Source of the DNA: Dipteris shenzhenensis
Taxonomy: Eukaryota
Direction: 5' to 3' (one strand)
Length of the DNA stretch: 64,000 nucleotides
NCBI GenBank assembly: GCA_047967505.1
Contig: CM106538.1
Below, piece after piece: positions 50,250 to 64,000 of the stretch; within the stretch, counting starts at the first letter, position 1; every line of letters starts with the position of its first letter. Both the position numbers and the translations under genes were made by a program. Below the pieces are notes generated by a model, which saw only the letters and a program-made list of their open reading frames with translations, had not been told where the DNA came from and did not search any database.

Positions 50250-51000
50250 TGATAAAATGCCATCCGAGGAGAGATTGTGCATCCCATATCACGTAGTCCC
50301 ATCTGTCCACAAATGTTGTTAGGGAGAGAGAGGCTTGGACAGGCTCTCATCCTAGCTAGGTATTCGTGGAAGCCCGAGCTCAAGAATGACCCAAGTGAGT
50401 AATGGCTCGCACGTATATGGATATAGGGTGTCTTAGGTGTCTCAGGCCTATGACTACCTTTAGTGCACCAAAGGTACCACGTGCCCTAAGTGTCCCAAGG
50501 TTAGGATACATGACCATAGGTTAACATGACCTCCATAACAGTAGACACGTTATTCCTTGACGTCTATTCCTTGACGTGGACGTATGATTCTCCCCCCCTT
50601 ATTTAAGTAGTGAGACATGGTTATGATGCAAAAGAGAATCAATACTTTTCCCAAGTAGTGTCCTCTTCTTAGCAATCTTTTCATAAGCTTCAGCTTTGGA
50701 ATAACCTTGTCCCTCGGCTATTGGTCTCTATAATCCCAAACCTAAATTTGTACAATTGGATATATTCTAGTCTTACAAATAAATCGAAAGACATTTGGGA
50801 TGGGGTACATGAGTTGTCAAATTCTCTAGTCGTATGAGTTCATCCTCAAAGACCAAGTTATCTTGAGCACGTAGTACCTCTTTCAATCTATTGATGTGAA
50901 AGATTGGATGTACCCGAGCGTATCAAGTAATTGTAGTTTATAAGCCCCATCATTGATCTTTTTAAGGATCATGAATAGAGGAATAGAATATCACATTCCA
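50250..51000 (-). mobile_element. Gypsy 3'-end remnant (integrase GPY/F region, chromodomain trace, PPT, probable LTR)
   Basis: Minus strand ILKKINDGAYKLQL..VHPIFHINRLK, EEDTTWE, and AAGGGGGGGA purine tract at ~50591-50600. Confidence 0.65.
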
Positions 51001-51119
51001 AAACTTTAGGAGTATAGGAAGATCTAGCTTCCAACCCATCTATTTCTTGATCTTCCATTTTATTATCTATTTTCACATCTTGAAAGACATGTCGGTTTCT
51101 AGGTGCAACTCAAATCACA

Positions 51120-54100
51120 AACCACCACTGGTTGTCCACTCGATCTTATATGTTGACGCAAGCTTTAATGAAGTGAAATATCCATATAAGAAAGTGCTTA
51201 CTTGTTCATAGTGAGTGGGTAGCATGAATGTGTTAGTAAGATCATCCCAAATTTTGTTGCATCAATGGCAAAAAACCCACTTGGATCCTTTCTGACTGCA
51301 GCTTAAGCACCTCTGTAGATGACTTTGAACCATTTCACATCAAATATAAATACTTTGAATTTTTTAAAATTCACTTGCAAAATGTATTGTATAGTTCCAA
51401 CATAATCCATTTGGCCTGCAATGAGATTTTTATCCCTCGCACTGGTTATGCTATCTTGCGAGAAGTTGGCCATGACTCCTCGATCGAATGTGGTGCGCTT
51501 TATCTCTACTCAGTAGTGATTACCATACGCCCACATTGCATTGAAGGAACGGTACTGTAGAGGTATTGAAAATTCTTTAGCACATACATAAAGGTTATGA
51601 ACGATCAAATGTAAATAAAAGCATCCTTAAGAGCATCTTCCAATCAATTGGTGGTGCATTTAGCATGAATTACTGATAACTCTAGGGATAAGGCCTAACT
51701 CTATTGGCCCTTCGTCATGCCTTCTGTCCTCCTCTCTTTTCTTCATATCATTTGATCCAATTCTCCACAATTGTAAAGACAAAAGGTGTTCACTTTGAGT
51801 TACAAGGAGATATAAATTTTCTTTTTTCTTTCCCTTTCCTTGTTCAACCTCTCCTACAACCCTTGGATCATCACTATCATCCCAAAGTAAAGGCATGTCT
51901 GGATTAAGTTGTATAAGAAACTCTATAATGTAAAACATTGATTCTAGCCATCCTTCTACCATGCTACACTCTGGTCTAGCTTTTTGCCTTACATACCCTT
52001 TCAACACCTTCACAAACGGTTCCAAGAAAAACATCCACCGACTATGCAAAGTTTCTACATATGCCACTTCATCTACGAAGTACACGATTAGATGCAATTT
52101 AATGTCAATAATACTTGTTGGAAATGCCTTTTCAATCAAACATACGGCTTCGATGGCTGGAATTCTCATTTCTTGAATGGATGATTTCTTTCTCTCTTTT
52201 GATGGAATCCATCTGCATATACCCATCGAATAGGCGTTGGAACTAGTTTTTGCAATGAGAAGGAAAATTAGATTTTGAACAATAGACCCTCCAACATACC
52301 TTACAATATATTGAGCTTATTGATGGCATTCGATGCATCTTTAGTACTACATCCCTGCAAAGCAAGTGGAAGTACATACTGTAGAGGAAATAATGTGTCA
52401 TTAAAGTGAAACAAGAGTTCTTGAACATTTTGAATTCAAGAGGAAATAATGTTACTTGTATCATTTTGTGTCAATCATGCAACTTGAGACCACTTAGTTT
52501 TCCATTAGAAGTGAAGGTACCCTTCAAGTTGGGATTTTAATACCCACGATAACACTTTTCACATAGCTCTCTTCCATTTTTGTCAACACCCACTGTGCCT
52601 TTGGTAAAATCGCCTTGCCATTGATGCATTTTTTCCAAAAGGCCCTTCTGGTTCCCATCACTTTCAAGTCCTCTCATGCTTTCACATTGTCTCTATCTCC
52701 AATCATATGCTTCCATATACTTTGTGTCACATTTTTGAATATATGCACTAGGTCCAATGGACATGTGACTTTATGATGCCTCCAATAAGGAAGAGTGTAA
52801 AATATGAAAGTCGTTGCATGCCTGGTGGAGGCATGGTGACCTCAAGATCATGCCAAAGTCACTCCCAATCTCCGAATCATATGATTGGATGAATATCAGT
52901 TAGTTCTGCAGCACCAAGGATGGATCCACTCGATATGGATGGTTCATAGGAAGAAACCGCATGTGCTTCTCATATACCATCTTCGAAAGATGTTTGGAGT
53001 ACCAACTAGACAAACTATCTCCACAAGTTGGACATGTGTAGTATTCGGACACTTGGAGACATGTTTAAGCAAGAGGATACATTGAGACAGACTTGAGAGG
53101 GGTAAAAAGAACACAATCAATAGCAGATTAATTTTGGTGAGTTGAGCGGAAGAGAATTTTTATACCTGAGCAATCATTCAAGTCGGGATAATCATGCATT
53201 GTCCACATCAGAATGCCTTTGACTTGAAAATGGCATTGGTCCAAAGGCCTTGAAATATCATAAACCTCCATGCCATTCCATATTATTTGCAACTCATCAC
53301 ATCCATGTTCTTTACCTTATGCTTGCTTGGCACAGTGAGTGCCAACATCAGATGCCCCTTCTTTATGGTCAACCATGGAGGAATATTGTAGATTGTGACT
53401 ACCACCGACCATGTGGACCATGACGTGGATTGTCGCCCAAATGGATTAACCCCATCCATAGCCAGTCCAAGACACAAATGCCGAGGCTCCAAAGCAAACT
53501 CTGACCACATATTTTCTACATGTCTCCAAGCCTTTCCATCTGTGGGGATCCTTAATGTTCCATCCATAGAGCGGTTGCAAGAATGCCAATCCATAAGTCC
53601 ATCCACAACAATTCACAACGAAACAGGGGTGCTTAATGCGTGTCAAGATGGGCATGTGTCACAATACCTTTCCGGAATCTTATCGCCTTGTGTGTATATA
53701 GAGATGCACCACATTGTGGACAAGGTGTAGAGTGCTCGTGTATTCCTCTATAAAGAATACAATCATTGGGGCATGCATGAATTGACTTGTAATCCATTCC
53801 TAATGATGCAACTATTCTCTCTGCATCATTTCTTGAGCCGAGAATTGCATTGCCTTTGGGAAGTAGTGTTTGAAGTAACCTGAGTCATCGATCCATTCAA
53901 TATATTTGAAACATCAATTTGGAAGTACATGCAATGAAACATTTTAATCAAGTAACTTAGAATTCTTACCGAAAGAGGGATGAAATGCTAGTGTCTGACC
54001 ATGTTTGACCATCCATAAGTTGCAAGACTAGAAGAATTCTTGCAAGATGAGATTTACTTGCCCCTTCATATAATACAGTATTTGCCTCACGTCGTAAGCT

Positions 54101-54900
54101 CTCCTCCTCAGAACTCATGTTATGGTTGGGGGGTTGGGTCCTCTCTCATTGCTTCGACATCTTCATCTCTTTTCATCTTGGGGTGAAGGAGGATCAAAGT
54201 AAGTGTTTATCATGGCATGCATCACATCATCCTCATTTAGTGCATCCTCCTCTTCAATGCTTCTATCATGTTGCACCTCTAGCTCTCGATCTTCCCTGAG
54301 ATAATTTCAATATTCTTGGGACAACATTGAATCATGAGGACGACTATACAATATGTGTGCTCTCAAACTTCCTGGAACAAGCTCATCTCCCTATATGAAA
54401 AAGACTTTAGTGAATTGAATCAAAAATCCCACGTACAAGAAAGCATTTCTATCATGATTGCAAACATAGAAAAGGGTGGAAGTGATCTCATCATTAAATG
54501 ATTTTGTACCTCATCATTAAACTCAACCTCGGGTAAAGGCTGGAAGCAACCCCATTTTTTTATGTGTGTCATTGATATGGTGCATAGTCTCATTATAACA
54601 CCTTTGTGCCGCGCATAATCACACAAGATCCGTTCATAAAGATTCCCTTTCCTATAGTGTCTTCTTCGAATGTCAATGAGCTCGAAGACATCTACAAAAA
54701 TAACACCAAACCTGTTACACTATGTCACAAAATCCTATATCAATAACAAAAAATGCATGAGATGAATCCTAATTTGGACAACTTGTGCAACTAGTTTGTT
54801 CCATCGATATTACCATCGATATAGATTTTGGAAAATATACCAGAGTCGATATTTCCATCGATAAAACCGTTGATATTAGCGTCAATATAGAGCTTTCTAC
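51120..54900 (-). mobile_element. Degenerate CACTA/EnSpm element copy 1 (Transposase_21, DUF4218, DUF4216 type)
   Basis: IHACPNDC, LGLAMDGVNPFG..STW.VV...YNIPPW, WTMHDYP, LKLHD, RWMFFLE.FVKVLKGYVRQKARPE.SM, FIFDVKWF; ATCGATA repeats at 54800-54890 may be subterminal. Confidence 0.85.
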
Positions 54901-55579
54901 TACCAACACCCCATCATCTGTCTTCACTATTCAAACACATGACATGTAGACCTATTAAATCACTTGGAGAGCTGATGGGGGAAACATAGCATGTACTCAC
55001 AAAGTTTCATGCGGATCGGATATCATTATGGTCTCCCTCTACAACTGCATCCACCAACAGAATGGACATGAAAGTTTAGGAGGGCATGCCACCAAAAGAA
55101 GATGATGCTGAAGTTGATCTTCTTGATGTACCCAATCCATAGTACTGTAAGGTTGATCTTCTGGCAGGATATTTTATAATGGAAGAACATGAAGGATGGC
55201 AAAAAACTTTAAGATGGCAAGAAAGTTTAGGAAGAAAGAAGAGGGAGTATGGCAGGTCAATTTAGGATGAAGGGAAGGGAGTGTAGGGATACAATACTCT
55301 TACAATACTCTGGATGGGGAAACATCAAGAATATCAACTTGGGCATCATCTTCTTCTCACCACCACCACAAGCCTCCCTCAACCTTACTTTGAGGTTCTT
55401 ATTGATCTTCTCGATCTTAGGATGGGTATGATACCCATATTGCATATAAGAAAACGAAAGCAACAATGTGAGAATCCAAGTGTCCCAAAAGCTTGGTGAA
55501 GGAAAGATACTATCAATAATGCAAATGTTCAATCACTGGAGATGCGATCTAGATGTAGAAGGCCTCATAAATGTATATC

Positions 55580-56330
55580 TTTCAACACTCATGTTTTCTA
55601 CCACGCATCATGCATGAGTGTTGAAAGATATGCATTTGTGAGCTTCGAGCCTATGTGTGTGTCTTCGATGGGTACGATACTTTTCAGAAGCCTTAATGTG
55701 AGTAAGATCAAGGCACTTGAAAAGTATCATACCCGTAAAAACTCATTTGCATGGTTGGATTTTCATATATCCTTGTTTCCTACCGCGCATCATGCATGAG
55801 TGTTGAAAAATATGCACTTGTAAGCTTTGAGCCTATGCGTGTGTGTCTCAGATGGGTATGATACTTTGAACAGGCCTTAATGTGAGTAAGATAAAGGCCC
55901 ATGCAAAGTGTCATACCCATAGGAACTCCTTTGCATGGTGGGGTATGCATATTTTCTTGTTTCGTACCACGCTAATGCATGAGTGTTAAAGAATATGGAT
56001 TTGTGAGCTCCGGGCCTATGGGTGTGTCTCCTATGGGTATGATACTTTGCACAGGCCTTGATGTGAGTAAGATAAAAGCACGTGCAAAGCATCATACTCA
56101 TTGGAACTCATTTGCATGGTTGGGTATGCATATTTCCGCATTTCCTACCATGCATCATGCATGAGTGTTGAAAAATATGCCTATCTGTGTGTCTCCGATG
56201 GGTATGATGCTTTTCATAGGCCTTAAAATGAGTAATATAAAGGCCTGTGCAGAGTATCATACCATTAGAACTCATTTTCATGGTTGGGCATTTATAATTC
56301 CTTGTTTAGTATCATGCAGTACGCGTTTAA
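55580..56330. repeat. ~182-bp tandem array (about 4 units), each with an internal inverted repeat
   Basis: GCATGAGTGTT at ~55612, 55793, 55977 and 56159; ATGGGTAYGATACTTT ... AAAGTRTCATACCC arms in each unit. Confidence 0.85.
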
Positions 56331-56339
56331 AAATATTCA

Positions 56340-57380
56340 TTGGTGTGCTTCTAGCATATGTATGTGCTCTCTATATGGGAAAACATTTGGCATGAAGCGT
56401 GGTCCACTAGTGTACTAGAGGCACACCAAGTCTTGTCCCATTATAAGACACGGAGCCATGGAGTTGGCCTTACCCTATCGAAAATTAATCAACTTAGGGT
56501 GTGGTAAAAAATGGTATTCATACATTGAAACAAGGCCTTGCACTAGTCCAAATGGAAAAAATAACCAGCATAAATATTTGTCCCATCATGATTTAGAGAC
56601 CTAGCAATTTTGGTCCTGTTCCAGCCACTGATTCCCAACATCCCATGTAAAACCAATGTTTGCGGACCCACACATGTCACCGTGTATGCCACTAGGGTTT
56701 TCTTAAAAAGGTGCCTTGCATACATTTTTATGAGACAATATTTGGCACAGAGCTTGGTCCACTAGTGTTCTAGAGGCACACTAAGTCCTGTACCATTTAA
56801 AGACATGGGACCATGGATTTGATCTTACTCTATCGAAAATTAATAAGCTTAGGGTGCGGTAAAAAATGGCATTCAAGCATTAAAAGAGGCCTTGCGCTAC
56901 TCCAAAATGCAAAAATACCTAGCATAAATCTTTGTCCCATCATGATTTAGAGGCCTACCACTTTTAATTGCATTTTGGCCACTGATGCCCAACATCCCCA
57001 TGAAAAACCAATGTTTGCGGACCCCCACATGCCCTCGTGCTGCATTCCGCTAGGGTTTTCTTAAACAGGTGCCTTGCATACATTTTTATGGGACAATATT
57101 TGGCATGGATCTTGGTACATTGGTGTCCTAGAGGCACACTAGGTATTGTCCCATTTGAAGACACGGAGCCATGGATTTGGCCTTATCCTATCAAAAATTA
57201 ATCAGCTTAGGGTGTGGTAAATATGGCATTCACACATTAAAGCAAGGCCTTGTCTTACTCCAAATGCAAAAATACTTAGCATGAATATTTTTTTCATCAT
57301 AATTTAGAGGCCTACCAATTTTGGTCCCGTTCTGGCCACCGATGCCTAACATCCCCATGCAAAACCAATGTTTGTAGACC
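56340..57380. repeat. ~357-bp tandem array (3 units)
   Basis: TTGGCA..TGGT.CA.T.GTGT.CTAGAGGCACAC at ~56386, 56741 and 57100. Confidence 0.85.
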
Positions 57381-57399
57381 TATCTCTAACTCTATACCG

Positions 57400-60300
57400 A
57401 GTTGATCTCCTATATCATCATTTAACTCTAGCATTATACGTTTACCTAAGACTTGATCATCTTCTTCAATAAAATGTGGTGATTCTTGATGATCATCATC
57501 TTCTTCCTCAATATCGTAATCTCCATCTTCCTCTTGTACGATGTCATTATGCGCATCTTCCTCTTGGCTCATATTGTGATCTTCATCTTCTTTGCTAGAT
57601 CGTACGTTCACCTAAGACTTGATCATCTTCTTCAATAAAGTGTGGTGATTCTTGATGATCGTCATCTTCTTCCTCAATATCGTAATCTCCATCTTCCTCC
57701 CGTACGATGTCATTATGCGCATCTTCCTCTTGGCTCATATTGTGATCTTCATCTTCTTTGCAGGACCCATCTGGATCAATTGGATCCGGCATTGGTAGTG
57801 GTATCTCCATATCCACATCAATATCTTCAAAATTTTGCTTACTTCGTGGTGCAACTTGGATCTCATGTCACCATCTTGGATCAGTTAAAAACGAAAGCTT
57901 CGATCAATTAAATCATTAGTATGCACCTACTCACAGTGCTCGGGAAGAAAAAAGTATCACTTTCATCGGTCCAAAGTTTGGTGGAGTCTATTGCAAAGAA
58001 ACTGCTACTGTCTTTTCTAACTATCGCATGGGGACCGTTGTAAATAGTTCTAAACCATTTTACATCAAGAATGAAAATTATAAATCGTCTGAAATCAATT
58101 TCATAGATTTTGCGTATGGTTCCACAATAATCCAACTGTGGGGAGAGAAGATTGGTATCTGAAGCACTTGCTCGGCTATCTTGTGTGAAGTTAGCCATGA
58201 CCCCACAAGCATACGTGACTCTCTTTGAATCGATGTGTTCCACATGAAAATGTCATCCATATGACCATAATGCACTGTACTTTTTGTACTGCAAAAGAGC
58301 ATCATTAAAACAATGAAGATGCATCTATCTTATAGCGTATATTGCCACAAATAATTACTTAATTACATCAAGAGAGAAAAAACTTACATGCATCATACAT
58401 CCAGATGATAACTCTCGCTCGTGCTCGTTTATTGTCTCTCCATCGCATTCGGCTTTGTGTAGAGCCAGTTGTAGCCCAATCAAGTGACATGTGAGCGGGA
58501 GAAGGGCAAGATCCCATGGATATGGTTGCGATTGCTTGTATTACTCTAAATCTCTTCCTTGCAACTATTTTCTACTTTGCCTGCTTCATATCTCTCAATC
58601 CACTTTTGCATCTCCTTGCTATTAAGGATACAAAACTTATTGAATTTCTCCATTTTCTCTTCGCTCATCTTTCTTTCAATCCCTTTTCCTTGGGGAACCT
58701 CGCCAATAATGCGATCATCATCCTTGTTATGCCAAGCCTGCGGCATATCAGGATCTGTGGATGCAAGAATCTCTGTGATATATACTAATGACTCTTGCAC
58801 AAGCCATCCCTCTGCCATGCTTGCTTCTAGTCTTGCTCTTTGTCTTACAAATCCCTTCAAAGTTTTCATAAACCGCTCGAGAAAAAACATCCAGTGACTA
58901 TGAATGGTACCTGCAATGGCCACCTCATCAACTATGTGCACAAGCAAGTGCACTTGAGTTGTCATAATGCTCAAGGGAAAGTGCTTCTCAAGCAAGCATA
59001 TGGCCTCAATGGAATCCACCCTAGACTTATCGATGCTCGATATGGAGATCTCTTTTTGAGATATCCACCTATTTCACATGCCCATGTAACATATATTCAT
59101 AATCAATCTATAGATTATTCAGCTTAAATTGAAGAAAATGCAATCAATGCGATATGATAGTAAGCATGCCTCACAATACCACTGATCTTGAATATAGCAT
59201 TTCTAACATCTTCTTGTAAGCACCCTTTTATTGTAATTGGGAGGATGAACTATCAAAGCAACAAAGAAGTCATGTCAATAATATAACATAATCATAATTG
59301 CACTAACACATCATGATTATCGATACACTAATCCTACAGCTTAGAATACCTGTAAGACCTTGTGCCAATCATGGGACTTGACCCCACTAAGCTTATTTCC
59401 TTTGAAAATGCTCCTTTCAAGCAATGCATGTACCTTGTGGGTGTTTGAAAAGAGGCAATGTCCGCCTTGACCGTTGCCTCCTCTCTCATGGAGAGGATCC
59501 ATGTTGCTTTCGGGAGGATAACTTTTTTCGAAGCACGCACTTGGGGCCACAAACGAGACATCCTATTCATAGCACACAAGTCTTCTCACACTCCTCTCGA
59601 GTCTTTGGAACCAACCAAGTGTGCCCAAATAGTAGCTCCCACATTCTTGAAGATATGCATGGGATCCAAGAGATGATTGATTTGTAATTGACCCCAATAA
59701 GGAAGCTCATGAAAGATCGATAGCCTCTTCATACCACAAGGAGGTTCCATTCGCCCTCCAAGCCTAAATCCAGTCACTTGCCTTCAAATATGGTGGTGGT
59801 GGATCAAGCTGATCTCCACACGTGAGATGGTCCAACGGAAGGCATCGAGCATGACCTTCATAAACATTTTTCCTCATATGTTTGGAGTATCATGCAAGTG
59901 ATTTCAAACCCAGTCCACAAATAGGACAAGCATGGTACATGAATGTGTTAGCATAAGACATGCATGTGAAAGAGAGTCATAAAAGCATAATCCTATATTA
60001 TACATGTAAAGACACAACCATGTACCTGCGCACTCTCCATATCGTGGGTTGTCATGCATGGTCCACATCAAGATACCCCTGACTAAAATATCATTGGTAT
60101 GTCTAGGAGCATATGTAACTCCTCTATCAAAGGTGCCATGTACACATCCATATTTTTGGCCTTGTACTTCCCTGGCACAAGTAGTGCAAGCATGAGGTGT
60201 CCCTTTTTTATTGTTAGCCATGGTGGGATATTGTAATTCACCAAGACTATGGGCCATGTTGACGAAGATGTCGAGCGTAACCCGAAAGGATTCACAACGT

Positions 60301-61200
60301 CCATGGCGAGCTCAAGATGTAAGTTGCATAGCTCCCTCGCAAAGTCCGGCCACTAATTGTCTATGTGCTTCCAAGCCACACAATCTACGAAAATCCTCAA
60401 TGTGTCATTAGTGGATCGATGAGATGCATGCCAAGTCATCAACTCCGCTATGGATTTGCATCGGAACATGTGATATATTCTTGCAATGATGGGAAAATGT
60501 CTCAAGACCTTTACCGGTATCTGTTCACCCTACAAGTCATCTCTATATCGTTGTTTCCCACACTTCGAACAACTAGCCAAATCTCCATGCTCACGATGAA
60601 AGAGAATACAATCATTACGCCAAGCATGGATGGTATCATATTCCATACCCACTGTTGTTAGCATCTTCTTCGCTTCATCTCTTGATGTGGGCATGGAATT
60701 TGATGCAGGCAACATCTTCTAGAGCAACCTATCGCAATTCAAACATACATAGGCTTCGAATAATGATGATTCTCAAACATACATGATGCTTCTCAAAACA
60801 AACAATATCTAAATAATGAGTCAAATTAATGCGGGAGCTAACCTCATTAAGGTCGAGACACTTGTATCCCACCACCCATACTTTGCTTGTAGATTCAAGA
60901 TTGAGAGACAAGCCCGCAGTTTAGACATCCTAGCACCCTCGTACAACTATGTTTGCAACTCTCGCATATTGACCTCAGGCTCTGACATCACGTGTACATG
61001 TGAAGTAGTGCCCCTAAAAATAGAATCCATCATGTCCACCATACCCTTGTCATCATCTAGCACATCCGGGAGACTATAGTCTTGCTCAAAGTGTAAAGGT
61101 ATATGTGCACCCTCGCCAACCTCCTCATCCTGTCTCAAGATTTCATGTAAATATAAGATCTTGTCTCAAAGTTTCGTGTCATAATGGTATCCAATATTAA
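57400..61200 (-). mobile_element. Degenerate CACTA/EnSpm element copy 2
   Basis: IHAWRNDC, DVVNPFG..STWPIVLVNYNIPPW, HLLDPMHIFKNV, GVKSHDWH, HWMFFLERFMKTLKGFVRQRAR.EASM, FILDVKWF, and an acidic tail with a 166-bp duplication. Confidence 0.88.
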
Positions 61201-61699
61201 TCACGAACTCTATATAGCGACACTGGCCACCCTTCTCCTCTCTACTTGTGTGAAAGGAAGTTTTTCTAGAGGGTGTGTCTCTTTAAACAATGTAGGTTCA
61301 TTTTTTGTGAGATTTCGTTTTGTGAGTGTTGAAGCATGTTTCTCCTTGTATTGCTAATGCTATGTGCTAATTTTCATGCTTGATTTTCAGAGGCTAAGGA
61401 CAAAAAATGAGATTTGGTGAAAGAAAGAAAACTCACCTCTTCTCTTTTTGGTATTTCTCTTCCTCCTTTTTCTCCTTGTTTGTAGGCTTATGCTTTCTCC
61501 TTGTTTGTAGGCTTCTCCAAACTCATCCAATCCCTTTGAAAAGTTGCTTCTCCAAACTCCTCCTTCCTCTAACTAGTTATCTGAAAAAATGGTATGTTTC
61601 CTCTGTTTTGTAGGGCCAGGTAAAAAAGTACTTCCTCTTTTTCCCTTTTGTTATTTCTGTTATTTGCATTGGCTTGCAGCTAACACCTTAAGTGGTAGC

Positions 61700-63050
61700 T
61701 ACAGTGATGGGCGTAGGAACCCTCTCTTTCCCTCTCTTCTCTTATTCCCTCTTCTTCCTCTCTTTTCCTCTTTTCCTACCTCTTTCCCCCCTCTTTCCCT
61801 CAAATGCTCATGCATAAGATAAGCGTATGCTTTCTCTCTTTTTCTCTTATGCATATGCTTTTCCTTCTCTTATGCTTATGCTCTTTTCCCCTCTTTCAAT
61901 CTCTTTTTCCCTCTTCCTTCTCTTATTTTCCACTCTCTTTTTTCCTTTCTTTGTCTCCTATGCTTATGCATGTGCATGTATATGCTCATATGCTCATGCA
62001 TAAGCACAAGCTTATGCTTTCTCTCTTTTTCTCTTATGCTCATATGTTCATGCATAAGTATAAGCATATGCTTTCTTTCTTTTTCATAAGCATATGCCTA
62101 TGCCTATGCTTATGCTTATGCTTATGCATGAGCATATGCTCATATGCTTATGCATAAGCACAAGCATATGCTTTCTCTCTTTTTCCCTCTCTTTTTCTCT
62201 TCTTTTCATAAGCATATGCCTATGCCTATGCCTATGCTTATGCTTATGCTTATGCATGAGCATCTGCTCATATGCTTATGCATAAGCACAAGCACATGCT
62301 TTCTCTCTTTTTCTCTTATGCTCATATGCTCCTGCATAAGCATAAGCATATGATTTCTTTCTTTTTCTCTTATGCTTATGCTCTTTTTCCCTCTTCCTTC
62401 TCTTATGCTTATGCTCTTTTCCTCTCTTCTTTTTCCCCTCTTTCGATCTCTTTTTCCCTCTTCCTTCTCTTCTTTTTCCCTCTTCTTTTTCCCCTCTTAT
62501 GCTTCTCTTTTCCCCTCTTCCTTCTCTTATGCTTATGCTCTTTTCCCCTCTTCCTTTTCCCCTCTTTCAATCTCTTTTCCCCTCTTTCAATCTCTTCCCC
62601 CTCTTTCAAACATGTGCTTTCTCTCTTTTTCTCTCATGCTCATATGCTCATGCATAAGCATAAGCATATGCTTTCTTTCTTTTCTCTTATGCTTATGCTC
62701 TTTTTCCCTCTTCCTTCTCTTATGCTTATGCTCTTTTCCCCTCTTCTTTTTCCCTTCTTTCAATCTCTTTTCCCCTCTTCCTTCTCTTCTTTTCCTCTCT
62801 TATTTTTCCCTTCTTTTAATCTCTTTTCCCCTCTTTCAATCTCTTTTTCCCCTCTTTTAATCTATTTTTCCCTCTTTCAAACATATATTTTCTCTCTTTT
62901 TCTCTTATGCTCATATGCTCATGCATAAGCATAAGCATATGCTTTCTTTCTTTTTTCCTTATGCTTATGCTCTTTTCCTCTCTTCTTTTTTCCCTCTTTT
63001 GATCTCTTTTTCCCTCTTCCTTCTTGAGTTTGAATTTCATAATTGTCTCA
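61700..63050. repeat. Compound pyrimidine-rich / (GCTTAT)n satellite
   Basis: Alternating CT tracts and ATGCTT/GCATAAGCAT blocks. Confidence 0.9.
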
Positions 63051-64000
63051 AGTAATTAATTGTCTTTTCGCTTCTCACCCACTCTTGTTTTTTGTTTTCG
63101 TGTTTGTGTCTACGTTTGTCCAATCCCCCCAAATTAGACCGAGGACCATGTCGCACGTCTAACAAGTACAGAAACCTTCGTAGGAGGAGACATCATGATC
63201 TCTACTCTCCAGAGGACTTTGATTCCACTCAAGCGACACCTCAGAAGCCTACCCTTGTGACTACTCCTGATCGATGCCTCTCGGATGTAGCACTGTGACT
63301 ACCCTCTGGGAACTCCTTTGCTAGTAGCCCATGGCTTTGTTGGGAGTCCCGACGAGTTTGTCGCATAGATGACTGATGCGGAGGCAATGAGATTCTTCTC
63401 TTTGCTATCCCAAAGGACCTCAGCAAACCCTCTCTTACATCGATGGTTGGACCTATTGTCCAACCGTCCCCTCTAGCCCCTTCGACTGAGGGGTCATCAC
63501 CTAGGCATGCCCATCGTAAGGGAAGGAATTGTAGGAACATACATGCATCACAACTCTTCTAATGCTTCTAGTGGAGACTGTGGCAACTCTTATGATGCTT
63601 CCAATGGAGGCTGTGGTGCTCTAGATGTACACTCAGTCTCTACTTCTTTCTGTAGTATGTAGTGCTTTCAGAGTAGACTTAGTATCCTCTTCCTTAAATG
63701 CAAAAGCAGAGGCTGTGGCAACTCTTCTGATGCTTCCAGTGGAGGCTATGGTGCTGTAGGTGTACACTGAGTCTCTACTTATTCTGTAGTGTGCAGTGCT
63801 TCCACAGTAGACTCAGTCTCCTCTTCCTTAAATGCAAGCTCTGATATTGCTTCAGTTGCACGTTCTATTCTAATGGCAGCAATTAGGTCTCGAATGATTT
63901 CAGCCCTAAACAATTATATATCCTCCTTTGAATATTTGAGCTCCAAAGAGTTTTCCAATGAGACCTGTGGCTTAAGTGAGAAAATTTCTTTGAAAATCAA

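Noticed and set aside
61804-63040. Long hydrophobic or Cys/Met-rich ORFs
   Set aside because: Translations of low-complexity satellite.

Overview
Eukaryotic land-plant DNA, about 85-90% transposon-derived by eye. A seed-free vascular plant such as a fern is inferred from the gene and TE content, not proven. There are two intact host genes: an intronless caffeoyl shikimate esterase-like gene (27965-28933) and a 7-exon RGG-repeat/HABP4-SERBP1 RNA-binding gene (43752-45992). A decayed NB-ARC-LRR gene lies near the start. The most notable structure is a fully delimited 14.6-kb DNA transposon (5499-20116) with GGGTGAA(A)GCATGCTACGGTGT terminal inverted repeats and a perfect 4-bp AGAT target duplication. 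It encodes an intron-containing Sola2-type DDD transposase plus a convergent spliced cargo gene ending in an FCP1/NIF (HAD-family CTD phosphatase-like) domain, which a chromoviral Gypsy element interrupts (11727-18132). A 271-bp MITE shares its termini. A second, divergent Sola2-type transposase sits beside a repeat-rich element carrying a coiled-coil + RING-H2 ORF and other unknown ORFs. Also present: a very young gag-only LTR element (21467-24106), Copia, Gypsy and LINE remnants, two decayed CACTA/EnSpm elements and several satellites. All family calls come from motifs recognised by eye; no searches were run.
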